NCBI GenBank assembly: GCA_049840775.1
Contig: JASGJJ010000005.1
Coordinates: 1,453,762 to 1,517,761, forward strand
Origin: Tepidisphaeraceae bacterium
Lineage (GTDB): Bacteria > Planctomycetota > Phycisphaerae > Tepidisphaerales > Tepidisphaeraceae
Length of the DNA stretch: 64,000 nucleotides
Direction of reading: 5' to 3'
Below the pieces are notes generated by a model. It saw only the letters and a program-made list of their open reading frames with translations, did no database searches and was not told the origin of the DNA. Below, one piece after another: positions 38,964-47,532 of the stretch. Position 1 is the first letter of the stretch, and each line of letters begins with the position of its first letter. The position numbers were made by a program, and so were the translations under genes.

Positions 38964-40064
38964 ATGTTGCCAGACACGCAATCACCGCTGATTCGTAAGC
39001 TCGAAGAGACACGCACGAAGTACGAAGCGCTCCAGACTGAGCTCAACGACCCGGCCACGCTCAGCAACCCGCAGAAGCTCATCGCCACCAGCAAAGCCGC
39101 CGGGGCCATCGAGCAACTCGTCAAGACCTACAACACCTACCGCGACCACCTGAAGCAGATCGCCGAGCTGACCGAACTGGCTGCCGGCGACGACAAGGAA
39201 ATGGCCGAGATGGCGGCGCTGGAAAAGCCGGAGCTGGAGAGCCAGGCCGAGCAACTCATCGAAGCCATCAAGGACGAGCTCGTGGCTGCCGAGGACAACC
39301 GCGTCGACAGCTTCTTCCTCGAACTCCGCGCCGGCACGGGCGGCGAAGAGGCCGCCCTGTTCGTCCGCAACCTCTACGAGATGTACGCCAAGTTCTGCGA
39401 AAAATACGGCTACCGCTTTGAAGTCTCCGACTTCTCCGACGCCGAGCGCGGCGGACTCAAAGAGTGCATCATCAACATCAAGGGCAACGGCGCTTACCGC
39501 CACCTCCAATACGAAGGCGGCGGCCATCGCGTGCAGCGCGTGCCGGAAACTGAAACGCAGGGCCGCATCCACACCAGCGCCGCGACCGTGGCCGTCATGC
39601 CGGAACTGCCCGACGTGAAAATCGACATCAACCCGAAGGACGTCGAAGAGTTCGGCTGTCGCGGCGGCGGCCCCGGCGGGCAGAACGTGAACAAGGTCGA
39701 AACCGGCTGGTACATCAAGCACAAACCCAGCGGCATCCAGTTCAAAATGACCGAACACAAAAGCCAGACGCAAAACAAAGAACGCGCCTGGACACTGCTC
39801 AAGTCCAAACTCGCCCAGATCGAGCAGGACAAAATCCACTCCGCCGCGATGGGCGCACGCAAGGCGATGATGGGCAGCGGCGACCGCAGCCAGCGCATCC
39901 GCACCTACAACTTCCCCCAGAACCGCTGCACCGACCACCGCCTGGGCGGCGAAGAAAGCAGCACCAAGAACTTCAACCTCGAAGCCGTCATGGAAGGCAA
40001 CCTCGAAGAACTCATCGCCGCGCTGATCGAACTGGACAAACAGCAGCGGCTGGAAGCGCTTTGA
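38964..40064 (+). CDS. prfA: Peptide chain release factor 1
   Basis: It uses ATG 38964 (MLPDTQSPLI..) inside ORF 38925..40064. It has GGGHRVQRVPETETQGRIHTSAATVAVMPE (the PxT region), GGGPGGQNVNK (GGQ) and RIRTYNFPQNRCTDHR. Confidence 0.92.
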   Translation: MLPDTQSPLIRKLEETRTKYEALQTELNDPATLSNPQKLIATSKAAGAIEQLVKTYNTYRDHLKQIAELTELAAGDDKEMAEMAALEKPELESQAEQLIEAIKDELVAAEDNRVDSFFLELRAGTGGEEAALFVRNLYEMYAKFCEKYGYRFEVSDFSDAERGGLKECIINIKGNGAYRHLQYEGGGHRVQRVPETETQGRIHTSAATVAVMPELPDVKIDINPKDVEEFGCRGGGPGGQNVNKVETGWYIKHKPSGIQFKMTEHKSQTQNKERAWTLLKSKLAQIEQDKIHSAAMGARKAMMGSGDRSQRIRTYNFPQNRCTDHRLGGEESSTKNFNLEAVMEGNLEELIAALIELDKQQRLEAL

Positions 40065-40624
40065 GAAAATTTAAACACGAATTCTGGTCACTTTGCACTC
40101 GCAGCGAAAAAGGGCTGCTCGTTGTCGTTGTGATCAGTTGGCTCGTCGGCCTTATGGGTTTCGCGTTTGTCGACTTGCACCGAGACTCTGGTGTCTTTGC
40201 ATTCGCGTATTTGTTCGTGCATTGGCCGGCATTGCGATGCTGTTAATGATCGGCCGCAATGTTCATCAGCGTCACAAAGACCAACACGGCCGAGACAGAA
40301 CCGACGCATAAATCGTCATAAGTCGATTTTTTGCACGCGAGTTTGTTCTGCATATTTACAATCGCGCAGTGCGCGACAAGTGTTGCAGCGGCCTGGTTTT
40401 CAGCCGGAAAATCGGGTGCGCCATTGCGCAGAGAATTGCCCTGCTTGCCATGTGACTTAGGGCATTTTGGCGTTCGCAGGCACGAGGTTGTCAAAGAGCC
40501 GGCAGAGGTGCCGGGCCGCGTGGGCGGCAGTTGTGGTTGTACCGCCCTGGCACCGCTGTGTCGGCAAAAAAATCCCGGCCCGGCCGGAAAACCTGGCCGG
40601 GGTATATTGGCCTGTGTGGACCGC

Positions 40625-41104
40625 ATGGCACCGCCTGTTGATCGCCCGATTGAATACGCCGATCGTGACTTACCGATGCCGCGGACATCACAGCGGTGGT
40701 GGGTGCCGATTGCATTTCTGATGATCACATTCGTTGCCGATGCGTGGTTCGCACCGCGGTTGTACCGCTACCGCTGGCCAATGGATTGGGACTACGGCGT
40801 CATGGCGTTCGCTTTCGTCGGCGCTGTCATTACGGCCACGCTGACGACCGTGCCGGCGTGGGCACTCGGCCTGTACGGCTTTCTCGCGGCGGCCAGTTTC
40901 ATCCCGGGCACCCGCGAACACCGGCAGTTCTATCTCGTCACTGAGGCGAGTCAGGCTGACTATTATTACTGCGGCCTCATCGCCGCCCTGTTCGGCTCGT
41001 GGATGGGTTGCCGCCTGATGTCCATCCTGCGACCGGCGAATTTGAGGCAATGGCTTCGCAAGAAACCACAACAATTTCCGGGCGTCTCACCAGTCGATCA
41101 GTAA
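40625..41104 (+). CDS. Hypothetical integral membrane protein
   Basis: It uses ATG 40625 inside ORF 40331..41104. Three to four TM helices are visible (WWVPIAFLMITFVADAWF; GVMAFAFVGAVITATLTTVPAWALGLYGFLAAASFI; YYCGLIAALFGSWMGCRLM). Confidence 0.55.
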   Translation: MAPPVDRPIEYADRDLPMPRTSQRWWVPIAFLMITFVADAWFAPRLYRYRWPMDWDYGVMAFAFVGAVITATLTTVPAWALGLYGFLAAASFIPGTREHRQFYLVTEASQADYYYCGLIAALFGSWMGCRLMSILRPANLRQWLRKKPQQFPGVSPVDQ

Positions 41105-41464
41105 TCGCTTCACCGCCGGGTTCCTGGCGAAGAACGTTTCGTCCACGCCGAACCGCCGCGTGCACTCGAACTGGCGGCAGCTTAGCGGGCGGTCGTCGTA
41201 AATGGTGCAGCGGTCGTCGTCGCCCAGGAACGGGCAACGGCCGTCGCGGTAGGCGATGACCTGGACGGGCTTCGTATCGCCGTCGGCGTCGGCGAGTAGC
41301 GTGGTCGTACTCCACGGCCGAAATCGGCGGCGCTCGTCATCGTCTTGAAGCAATACCGCGAACGGCCAGGCGGATTGCTTGCAGCAGGCGGCGTTGCACT
41401 GATCGCACGGGCTCGGGCCGACGAGGGCGATGCGGACCGTGCGTGGCGAAGCAGGCGGCGTCAT
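41087..41464 (-). CDS. YkgJ-family cysteine-cluster protein
   Basis: The ORF is 125 aa. It has CDQCNAACC (CxxCxxxCC) plus ..GRCPFLGDDDRCTIYDDRPLSCRQFEC.. Confidence 0.7.
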   Translation of the reverse strand: MTPPASPRTVRIALVGPSPCDQCNAACCKQSAWPFAVLLQDDDERRRFRPWSTTTLLADADGDTKPVQVIAYRDGRCPFLGDDDRCTIYDDRPLSCRQFECTRRFGVDETFFARNPAVKRLLIDW

Positions 41465-41730
41465 ACGACTTGCTTCAGCTCCAATTGGTCGATTTCTTCG
41501 GGATGGAAGTCGATACGCTCCTCGAACTTCCCGCCGAGGCCGGCTTTGCTGAGGGCGATGACCCAGCCTTCCTCGATGATGAGGTCTTCGATCACGCGCC
41601 CGCCGACGAGCGTCGCACGGCAGACGGCGGTGTACTTGCGCTTCGGACAGCCGAGGTCGACGAGGAACTGCCGCCAGCGATCGGGCAGAACTTTGGCGAG
41701 ACGATTACGTGGGGGCGTTCGGGAGTGCAT
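41461..41730 (-). CDS. Hypothetical 89-aa protein
   Basis: The ORF overlaps the downstream YkgJ gene by 4 nt. I recognise no motif. Confidence 0.4.
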   Translation of the reverse strand: MHSRTPPRNRLAKVLPDRWRQFLVDLGCPKRKYTAVCRATLVGGRVIEDLIIEEGWVIALSKAGLGGKFEERIDFHPEEIDQLELKQVV

Positions 41731-41753
41731 GGCGGTTCAACTTCTGTCGGGTG

Positions 41754-41840
41754 CCACGGTGTTGTACTCAACGCCGTAGTGGGGGTGAAGGCGCGTTTTC
41801 CTTTCGGTGCCCCACCACGGCGTTGAGTACAACGCCGTGG
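41754..41840. repeat. Long palindrome (31-bp arms, 29/31 complementary)
   Basis: 41754-41784 CCACGGTGTTGTACTCAACGCCGTAGTGGGG pairs with 41810-41840 CCCCACCACGGCGTTGAGTACAACGCCGTGG. One position is T.G and one is A.C. The spacer is 25 nt. It lies between the dus stop (41860) and the start at 41730. Confidence 0.85.
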
Positions 41841-41859
41841 TACCCGGAGAAATTCTGCA

Positions 41860-42978
41860 TCACTCGATGCCGCAGCCGGCGTCGGCGGGGTTGGCGTTGA
41901 CTTCATCGGCGGCGTCGGGCGCGGGCCAGACTCCGGGGCCGTCGGCGGCGTACCACTTGTCGAGCACGCGGGCCCAGTCGGGAATGCTGGCGACATTGAC
42001 GAATTCTTTCTTCACCCAATCGGCCTGCGGGTGGAAGCGGGCGTACTTGATGCCCTGCTTCCGCATGCGCCGACCGGTGGTTTGCTCGCCGTGGATTTTT
42101 AACGATTCGTCCCAGTGTTCGCGAAGGGCTTGGCGTTGCTCGGCGACGGTGGGCGGCTGAAGGGTTTGCTGTAGGGGCGACGCCTGCGTCGCCCGGTCGG
42201 CCGTGTTGACGCTCGCGGGCGACGCAGGCGTCGCCCCTACAAAGAAGAGCTTCGCCGCGTCGCGGAAAATCCACGGGTTGCCGATCGCGCCGCGGGCGAT
42301 CCAGACGATGTCGACGCCGGTTTCGCGTTTCATGCGGACGGCATCCTCGGCGGTGAAGACGTCGCCGCTGCCGAGGATGGTGCGCGTCGGGTATTGCCGT
42401 TTGATCTCGGCGAGCGCCGCCCAATCCGCCCGGCCGTTGTATTTGGCTTCGACACTGCGGGCGTGAACGCGGGCGGCGGCGTAGCCGAGGTTCCAGGCCT
42501 CGTCTAGCAGGCCGTAGAGCGTGTCGTGAGATTCGTTGTCTGAAAACGTTCGCCGCAGACTCACAGTGAGCGTGGCGTTCGGCAGACGATCGCGGACGGC
42601 CCGGAGGATGCCCAGGCCCCGCGGCTGGTCGCGTAACATGTGGCCGCCGCGGGCCTTGTTTTTAATCTTCTTCACCGGACAGGCGAAGTTCAGGTCGATC
42701 ACGTCGTAACCGGCGTTGTGCAAAATGGCGGCGGCGGGCGCGACGGTTTCGGGCTCGCTGCCGATGACCTGGCCGGCGGTCGGGTGGTCTTCGTCGTTGA
42801 TGTCGATGGAATTTTTGAGCCCCTGCCCGCCGTTAAGCATGATTGTGTCAAGCAAGGCTTCGGTGACGGCGTACGGACAGCCCCGCCGCCGGGCGACAAG
42901 ACGCATCGCGCGGTCGCTGTATCCGGCAAGGCCGGCCTGGCAGAACGGGGCGGAAAGCTCGATCGGTCCAATTCTCAC
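41860..42978 (-). CDS. tRNA-dihydrouridine synthase carrying an in-frame repeat-derived insert
   Basis: A candidate GTG start is at 42978 (VRIGPIELSAPFCQAGLAGYSDRAMRLVARRRG) within ORF 41860..43059. Motifs include VIDLNFACPVKKI, TVSLRR, VHARSVEAKY and ARGAIGNPWIF. A C-terminal helical domain follows ..QTLQPPTVAEQRQALREHWDESL.. Confidence 0.8.
   Translation of the reverse strand: MRIGPIELSAPFCQAGLAGYSDRAMRLVARRRGCPYAVTEALLDTIMLNGGQGLKNSIDINDEDHPTAGQVIGSEPETVAPAAAILHNAGYDVIDLNFACPVKKIKNKARGGHMLRDQPRGLGILRAVRDRLPNATLTVSLRRTFSDNESHDTLYGLLDEAWNLGYAAARVHARSVEAKYNGRADWAALAEIKRQYPTRTILGSGDVFTAEDAVRMKRETGVDIVWIARGAIGNPWIFRDAAKLFFVGATPASPASVNTADRATQASPLQQTLQPPTVAEQRQALREHWDESLKIHGEQTTGRRMRKQGIKYARFHPQADWVKKEFVNVASIPDWARVLDKWYAADGPGVWPAPDAADEVNANPADAGCGIE
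42169..42242. repeat. Nested-palindrome repeat, copy C (inside the dus coding sequence)
   Basis: CTGTAGGGGCGACGCCTGCGTCGCCC (42169-42194) pairs with GGGCGACGCAGGCGTCGCCCCTAC (42217-42240). On the minus strand it translates in frame as ..FFVGATPASPASVNTADRATQASPLQQ.. Confidence 0.9.
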
Positions 42979-42992
42979 GACGGCATGGTACT

Positions 42993-43095
42993 GGATGTTT
43001 TGATGTTTGGTGTTTTGTATTGGGATGTTTTGGAAGCAGACGATGACGCGTCTTCCCAAACATCAAAACACCAAACACAAAACAACATTCCAACC
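42993..43095. repeat. Imperfect T/G-rich versus A/C-rich palindrome in the dus-dacB divergent spacer
   Basis: The left arm is GGATGTTTTGATGTTTGGTGTTTTGTATTGGGATGTTTTGGAAG (42993-43036). The right arm is CTTCCCAAACATCAAAACACCAAACACAAAACAACATTCC (43052-43091). The shared cores TGTTTGGTGTTTTG and GATGTTT.GGAAG are inverted, and the left arm has a ~6-nt insertion. Confidence 0.7.
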
Positions 43096-43134
43096 ATTGC
43101 GGCCCATCGGCAAGAAACGTTAAGTTGGCGTGTA

Positions 43135-44568
43135 ATGTGGCGACGGACTGCCCCCTTTCGGACTGCCTTTTGTACCTTTGCCGCCCTGGCCGGTGTTGCG
43201 ATGGATGCCAAGGCCGATGTTTCGGACCAAATCAACGCGGTGCTGCGCGATTCTTACCTGGCCAAGGTGAAGGTCGGCATCAAGATCATGCGCCTCGGGC
43301 CGGACAAGCCCGTTGGCGTGGTTTATGAAAAAGAGAGCACGCACCCGCTCGTGCCGGCGAGCAATCTGAAGCTCATCACCACCGCCGCCGCTCTGGACGG
43401 GCTGGGTGCCGATTTCGTCTTCAAGACCAAGCTCCTGCAGAAAGGCGACACGATCGCCCTGGTCGGCGACGGCGACCCGTCACTGGGCGATGCCGAGGCA
43501 CTGGAAGGCACCGGCTGGCGGAGCACCACCCTCTTCGAAAAATGGGCCGAAGGGTTGAGCGGCCGCGGCGTGAAGTCGGCGGCGAAACTGCTCTACGACA
43601 ACAGCATCTTCGACGATAAATTCCAGCACCCGAACTGGCCGGAAGACCAGTTGCACAAGCGGTACGTCGCCGGCGTTGCGGGGCTGAACTTCAACGCGAA
43701 CTGCCTGGATTTTTATCTGAAGCCCAAGGGCATCGGGCAGACGGTCGATTACTCGGTCGACCCAACGACGACTTACGCGCCGATCGCCAACACTTGCGTC
43801 GGCGGCAAGAAAAACGCCGTCTGGCTGTCGCGCATGCCGGACTCGAACAAGATCGAACTCCGCGGGCAGATCGACGTGGCGAACATCAAGCCGATCAGCG
43901 TGACGGTCGAAAACCCGCCGCTGATGACGGCCACGGTGCTCGGCGACGTCTTCAAAAAGGCCGGCATCGCCCTGCCGACGGAAGTGACGCGCGACACGAC
44001 GATTCGCACGAACGAAGACGGCTGGACGCCGCTGGCCGTCTATGAGACGCCCATTTCGCACATCATCGCCCGGGCGAACAAAGACAGCATGAATCTTTAC
44101 GCCGAGGCGCTCTGCAAACGGCTCGGTGCCAAGACGGGCAACGAGCCCGGCTCATGGAAGAACGGCCCTGCGGCCGTTGGGGCGTTCCTGCAGTCGATCG
44201 GCATCGACGATAAGCAGTTTTCCCTTGATGACGGATGCGGGCTGAGCAAGCACAATGTCATCTCGCCGGGCGGCATTGTCGCGGTGCTGGAGCACGAATT
44301 TTACGCCAGGCACAAAGACGTTTATCTCGCCAGCCTGAGCGTGGCGGGTGCCGACGGCACGCTGAAGGAGCGTTTCGCCGGCTCGAGCCTGCAGGAACGC
44401 GTGATCGGCAAGAGCGGGTTCGTCAACGGCGTCAGTTCATTGTCCGGCTTCCTGCGGGCCAAGGACGGGTCGACTTTTGTTTTTTCGATCATGTTCAACG
44501 GCATCGCGGAAGGCACGAACAGCCGCGCGAAGGTGCTGCAGGAAAAAATCGTCCAGGCATTGGACTAG
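43135..44568 (+). CDS. dacB: D-alanyl-D-alanine carboxypeptidase/endopeptidase (PBP4, peptidase S13)
   Basis: It uses ATG 43135 inside ORF 42640..44568. The signal-like N-terminus is MWRRTAPFRTAFCTFAALAGVAMDA. Motifs are VPASNLKLIT (SxxK), KDSMNLYAE (SxN) and IGKSGFVNG (K[ST]G). Confidence 0.8.
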   Translation: MWRRTAPFRTAFCTFAALAGVAMDAKADVSDQINAVLRDSYLAKVKVGIKIMRLGPDKPVGVVYEKESTHPLVPASNLKLITTAAALDGLGADFVFKTKLLQKGDTIALVGDGDPSLGDAEALEGTGWRSTTLFEKWAEGLSGRGVKSAAKLLYDNSIFDDKFQHPNWPEDQLHKRYVAGVAGLNFNANCLDFYLKPKGIGQTVDYSVDPTTTYAPIANTCVGGKKNAVWLSRMPDSNKIELRGQIDVANIKPISVTVENPPLMTATVLGDVFKKAGIALPTEVTRDTTIRTNEDGWTPLAVYETPISHIIARANKDSMNLYAEALCKRLGAKTGNEPGSWKNGPAAVGAFLQSIGIDDKQFSLDDGCGLSKHNVISPGGIVAVLEHEFYARHKDVYLASLSVAGADGTLKERFAGSSLQERVIGKSGFVNGVSSLSGFLRAKDGSTFVFSIMFNGIAEGTNSRAKVLQEKIVQALD

Positions 44569-44580
44569 GAGAATCGTCCC

Positions 44581-45319
44581 ATGATCGTCCGCTGCATTCT
44601 GCTCGCGTTGATCGGCCTTGTCGGTGTCGGGTGCGCCTCGGACGGGCATGCCGACATTCAGAAGCAGTCGTTCAATTTCAACGGCGAAAAACGGAACTAC
44701 TGCGTCTACACCCCGCCCGGCTACGACCCGCAGCAGAAATACCCGGCCATCCTCTTCCTGCACGGGTTATTCGAAGGCGGGAATGACGGCACAGGCGCGA
44801 CAAAAGTCGGCCTCGGGCCAGCGGTGCGGGAGAACCCCGAACGCTTTAACTGCGTCATCGTCTTCGCCCAGACCAGTGACAGCTGGCGTGATGACGACCA
44901 ACTCCCGCTCGCCATCGCCACGCTGGACGATGCGGAGAAAAACTTCGGCATCGACCGCAACCGCGTCGCCCTCACCGGCCTCAGCACCGGCGGCGCGGCC
45001 GTCTGGAAACTCGGGGGCCGCTACCCGGGCCGCTTCTCGTCGCTCATGCCGCTGTGCGCAGTTCAGCAGCGAAGACGACATCCCCAAGCTCACCACGTAC
45101 CCGATCTGGGCGATCCACAACCGGTTCGACCCGTTCGTCGGCGTCTGGAACACCAGCGGCATGTGCGCCAAGATCAACACCGCCGGCGGCCACGCCAAAC
45201 AGACCGTGTACGGCGGCATCGGGCACGACTGCTGGGACCGCGCGTATAGCGACAAAGACGTCGTCGCCTGGCTGCTAGGTCAAGCGAAAGTCGAGCCGGC
45301 TAAGTTCGGGCTCAAATAA
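44581..45319 (+). CDS. Alpha/beta-hydrolase lipoprotein (esterase/PHB-depolymerase-like); one apparent frameshift
   Basis: The lipobox is MIVRCILLALIGLVGVGCAS. It reads ..YPAILFLHGL.., with the nucleophile elbow LTGLSTGGAA. ORF 44581..45249 joins ORF 44618..45319 at ~45055 (..SSLMPLC|AQFSSEDDIPKLTTYPIWAIHNRFDPFV..GIGHDCWD). Confidence 0.65.
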
Positions 45320-45322
45320 GCG

Positions 45323-46003
45323 TCACGCGCCGAACGTCCGCGGGTTCAGCAGGATGTTGTCGTGCCCCGGCACGATGACGTCGGCGATTTCGTAGACTTC
45401 CTGCAGCGATTCCTTCGCCGCCCCGAGGTCGAAGCACCCAGGCAATACCTGGCCGGCGAGAAGGTGGTCGGTGCTGGCGACGGCGTCGCCGGCGATCAGG
45501 ATGGTCTGCGTCGTGCTCGTCACCAGAATACCACATGTCCCGGCCGTGTAGCCGAAGAGCGGGAAGAGGTCGACCTGCGGCGCGAGGTTGTCTTCCGCCG
45601 GCCGAAGCGCGTTGAGCGCTTTGGCTTCACTGGCCAGGACCTGGCGGTCGTCTTCATCGTCGGCTTCTTCGATGCGGACGGACAAGTCAAGCAGCGCCCG
45701 TTCGCGTTCGATCGGGTGGATGTAGACCTTCGCCTTGGCGAACGCCGCCACGCCGCCGCGGTGGGCGTGCTTGGCGTTGGTGAGGAAGATGGTGTCGACG
45801 GCGTCGGGCTGGAGGCCGGTCCGTTCGTAAAGCCGGGCCGCCAGGATCTGCCCGGGCAGGCCGGGGTCGACGAGGATCGTCCGCTTGCCGGCCCGGATGA
45901 GCGTGGTGGTGGCGTGCGGGGTTCGGACGGGTTCGCTTTCTTTCCAGAGCAGGTTACGGGACAACGTGCCGATGCTGATAACGTCTACGCGGGCCTGGGC
46001 CAT
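45323..46003 (-). CDS. MBL-fold protein with a degenerate metal motif
   Basis: The ORF is 226 aa. It reads ..TTLIRAGKRTILVDPGLP..IFLTNAKHAHRGG..ILIAGDAV..VVPGHDN.. The canonical HxHxDH motif is not intact. Confidence 0.55.
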   Translation of the reverse strand: MAQARVDVISIGTLSRNLLWKESEPVRTPHATTTLIRAGKRTILVDPGLPGQILAARLYERTGLQPDAVDTIFLTNAKHAHRGGVAAFAKAKVYIHPIERERALLDLSVRIEEADDEDDRQVLASEAKALNALRPAEDNLAPQVDLFPLFGYTAGTCGILVTSTTQTILIAGDAVASTDHLLAGQVLPGCFDLGAAKESLQEVYEIADVIVPGHDNILLNPRTFGA

Positions 46004-46058
46004 CGCCGCACGATACGGACGGCGGGCAAAAAGACAATCCGCCGCGCTCTGGCCGGCG

Positions 46059-46985
46059 ATGCTCGCCCTGCTCAGCGGCTGCCAGGCCGGGCCGGCGGCT
46101 TCGTCGGCCGTCGATTTTCCGTTCCGGACGTCGGCCTGGGCGTTCCAAGGGGCGGCTGGACAGGAGATTCGGACCGATCATTACCTGATCCGCACGACGG
46201 TGACCGACCGCGCCGTCGTCGGCCGCTGCGTCCGGGTGCTGGAGACCGCCTACGCCCAGTACGCCGCCCTCGTGCCGCCGGCGGCTAATCGTTCTGCGAG
46301 TTTGCCGGTCTATTTCTTCGCCAGGCCCGATGAGTGGGACGCCTTCACGCAACAGCTGACCGGCCCGGACGCCGCGGTCTATCTGAGCGTCGGCCCGGGC
46401 GGCTACGCATACGGCGACACGTTCGTCTGCTGGCTGTTCAATGAAAATGACCTCTGGAGCGTCGTGGCGCACGAGGGCTTGCACCAGTATGCCGCGCGGC
46501 ACCTCGCCCAGCGGCTGCCGCCCGTTCTGGAGGAAGGGCTCGCGACGACGTTCGAGACGGTGGAAGTGACGGACCGCTCGGTGACGATCGATCGCCGCAG
46601 CAACGCCCGACGCCAGCAGGGTTTAGCCGATGCCGGCCGCGCCGGCTGTTTGTTGCCCTGGGACGACCTGATCAAGCTGCACGCCGGCGACATCGCCGGG
46701 CGCGACCTCGTCATCCGCGAAGGTTTTTACGGCCAGTGCTGGGCGCTGGCGCGGGTGATGCTTGAGACGCCCGCTTACGCCGGCGGCCTTCGGGCGATGC
46801 TTCTCGACCTGCGCGACGGCCGATCGCCCGCGAGCATCGGCGCGACCGCCGAAGGGACGCTTTACCGCCCGGCCGGCGTTAAACCGATGCTGCAAAAGTA
46901 CATCGCGCCGGACTGGACGTCGTTCCGACACGCCCTGACCGACTGGACGACGGCCCAGGCCAATTCGGCCAGCGGTTCGAATTAA
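46059..46985 (+). CDS. DUF1570-type (HExxH-like HEGLHQ) lipoprotein; 5' end uncertain
   Basis: ORF 45885..46985 reads ..RRAKRQSAALWPAMLALLSGCQ (a good lipoprotein signal), but the only ATG in that stretch is at 46059 (MLALLSGC). It also has ..VVAHEGLHQYAARHL..EEGLATTFE.. Confidence 0.6.
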   Translation: MLALLSGCQAGPAASSAVDFPFRTSAWAFQGAAGQEIRTDHYLIRTTVTDRAVVGRCVRVLETAYAQYAALVPPAANRSASLPVYFFARPDEWDAFTQQLTGPDAAVYLSVGPGGYAYGDTFVCWLFNENDLWSVVAHEGLHQYAARHLAQRLPPVLEEGLATTFETVEVTDRSVTIDRRSNARRQQGLADAGRAGCLLPWDDLIKLHAGDIAGRDLVIREGFYGQCWALARVMLETPAYAGGLRAMLLDLRDGRSPASIGATAEGTLYRPAGVKPMLQKYIAPDWTSFRHALTDWTTAQANSASGSN

Positions 46986-47046
46986 TCAGCCTCCTTAAGT
47001 TTATTTCACGCTTTGTGGCTTCGGGAGCGTCCGCTAATATTCCGCC

Positions 47047-47334
47047 ATGGCGACCACTTCAGACTCGGCCCGGTGTCACTGCTTTTTCAAGGGTCGGGTT
47101 CAGGGTGTCGGGTTTCGCTATACCACTCGCAATCTCGCCATCAGTTACGACGTGACCGGCTTCGTCCGCAACCTGCCCGACGGCCGGGTCGAACTCGTGG
47201 CCGAGGGGCCGGAGCAGCAGGTAAACAGCTTTGTCACCGCCATTAACGAGCGGATGCGGCCACACATCAAGGAAGTCGAACAGGTCGAAGAACCGGCTTC
47301 CGGCGACTACGGGCAGTTCGTCATTGGACGGTAA
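47047..47334 (+). CDS. acyP: Acylphosphatase
   Basis: The ORF is 95 aa. It reads ..CFFKGRVQGVGFRYTTRNLA..GFVRNLPDGRVELVAEG.. Confidence 0.85.
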   Translation: MATTSDSARCHCFFKGRVQGVGFRYTTRNLAISYDVTGFVRNLPDGRVELVAEGPEQQVNSFVTAINERMRPHIKEVEQVEEPASGDYGQFVIGR

Positions 47335-47532
47335 TCGCCATATTTTCCCCGAGTTGTCCGATTAGCCGCCGACTTCGTCGGCGTTATTGAGTGGCCCTTC
47401 CACCTCGCGAGCAAAGCTCGCGGCTAAGCGAAGTTCGATTCTCGGCGTCATCCGTCGACCACTTTCTTGCGTAACCGTTGGCATTCGGCCGGCCGGCCGT
47501 TTACATTTCCGGGCCCTACGGAGCCGACACGC

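Noticed and set aside
45885-46058. Long 5' extension of the DUF1570-like gene (track start 45885)
   Set aside because: The extension would overlap the divergent MBL-fold gene by >100 nt. The true start is probably close to 46000-46059, but no canonical start codon precedes the good lipoprotein signal. This may be an indel or a rare start codon.
47433-47441. tRNA-like T-loop GTTCGATTC (and GTTCGAATC at 16123-16131)
   Set aside because: I could not fold flanking sequence into T-stem, acceptor, D or anticodon arms. There is no cloverleaf, so I do not call a tRNA or tmRNA.
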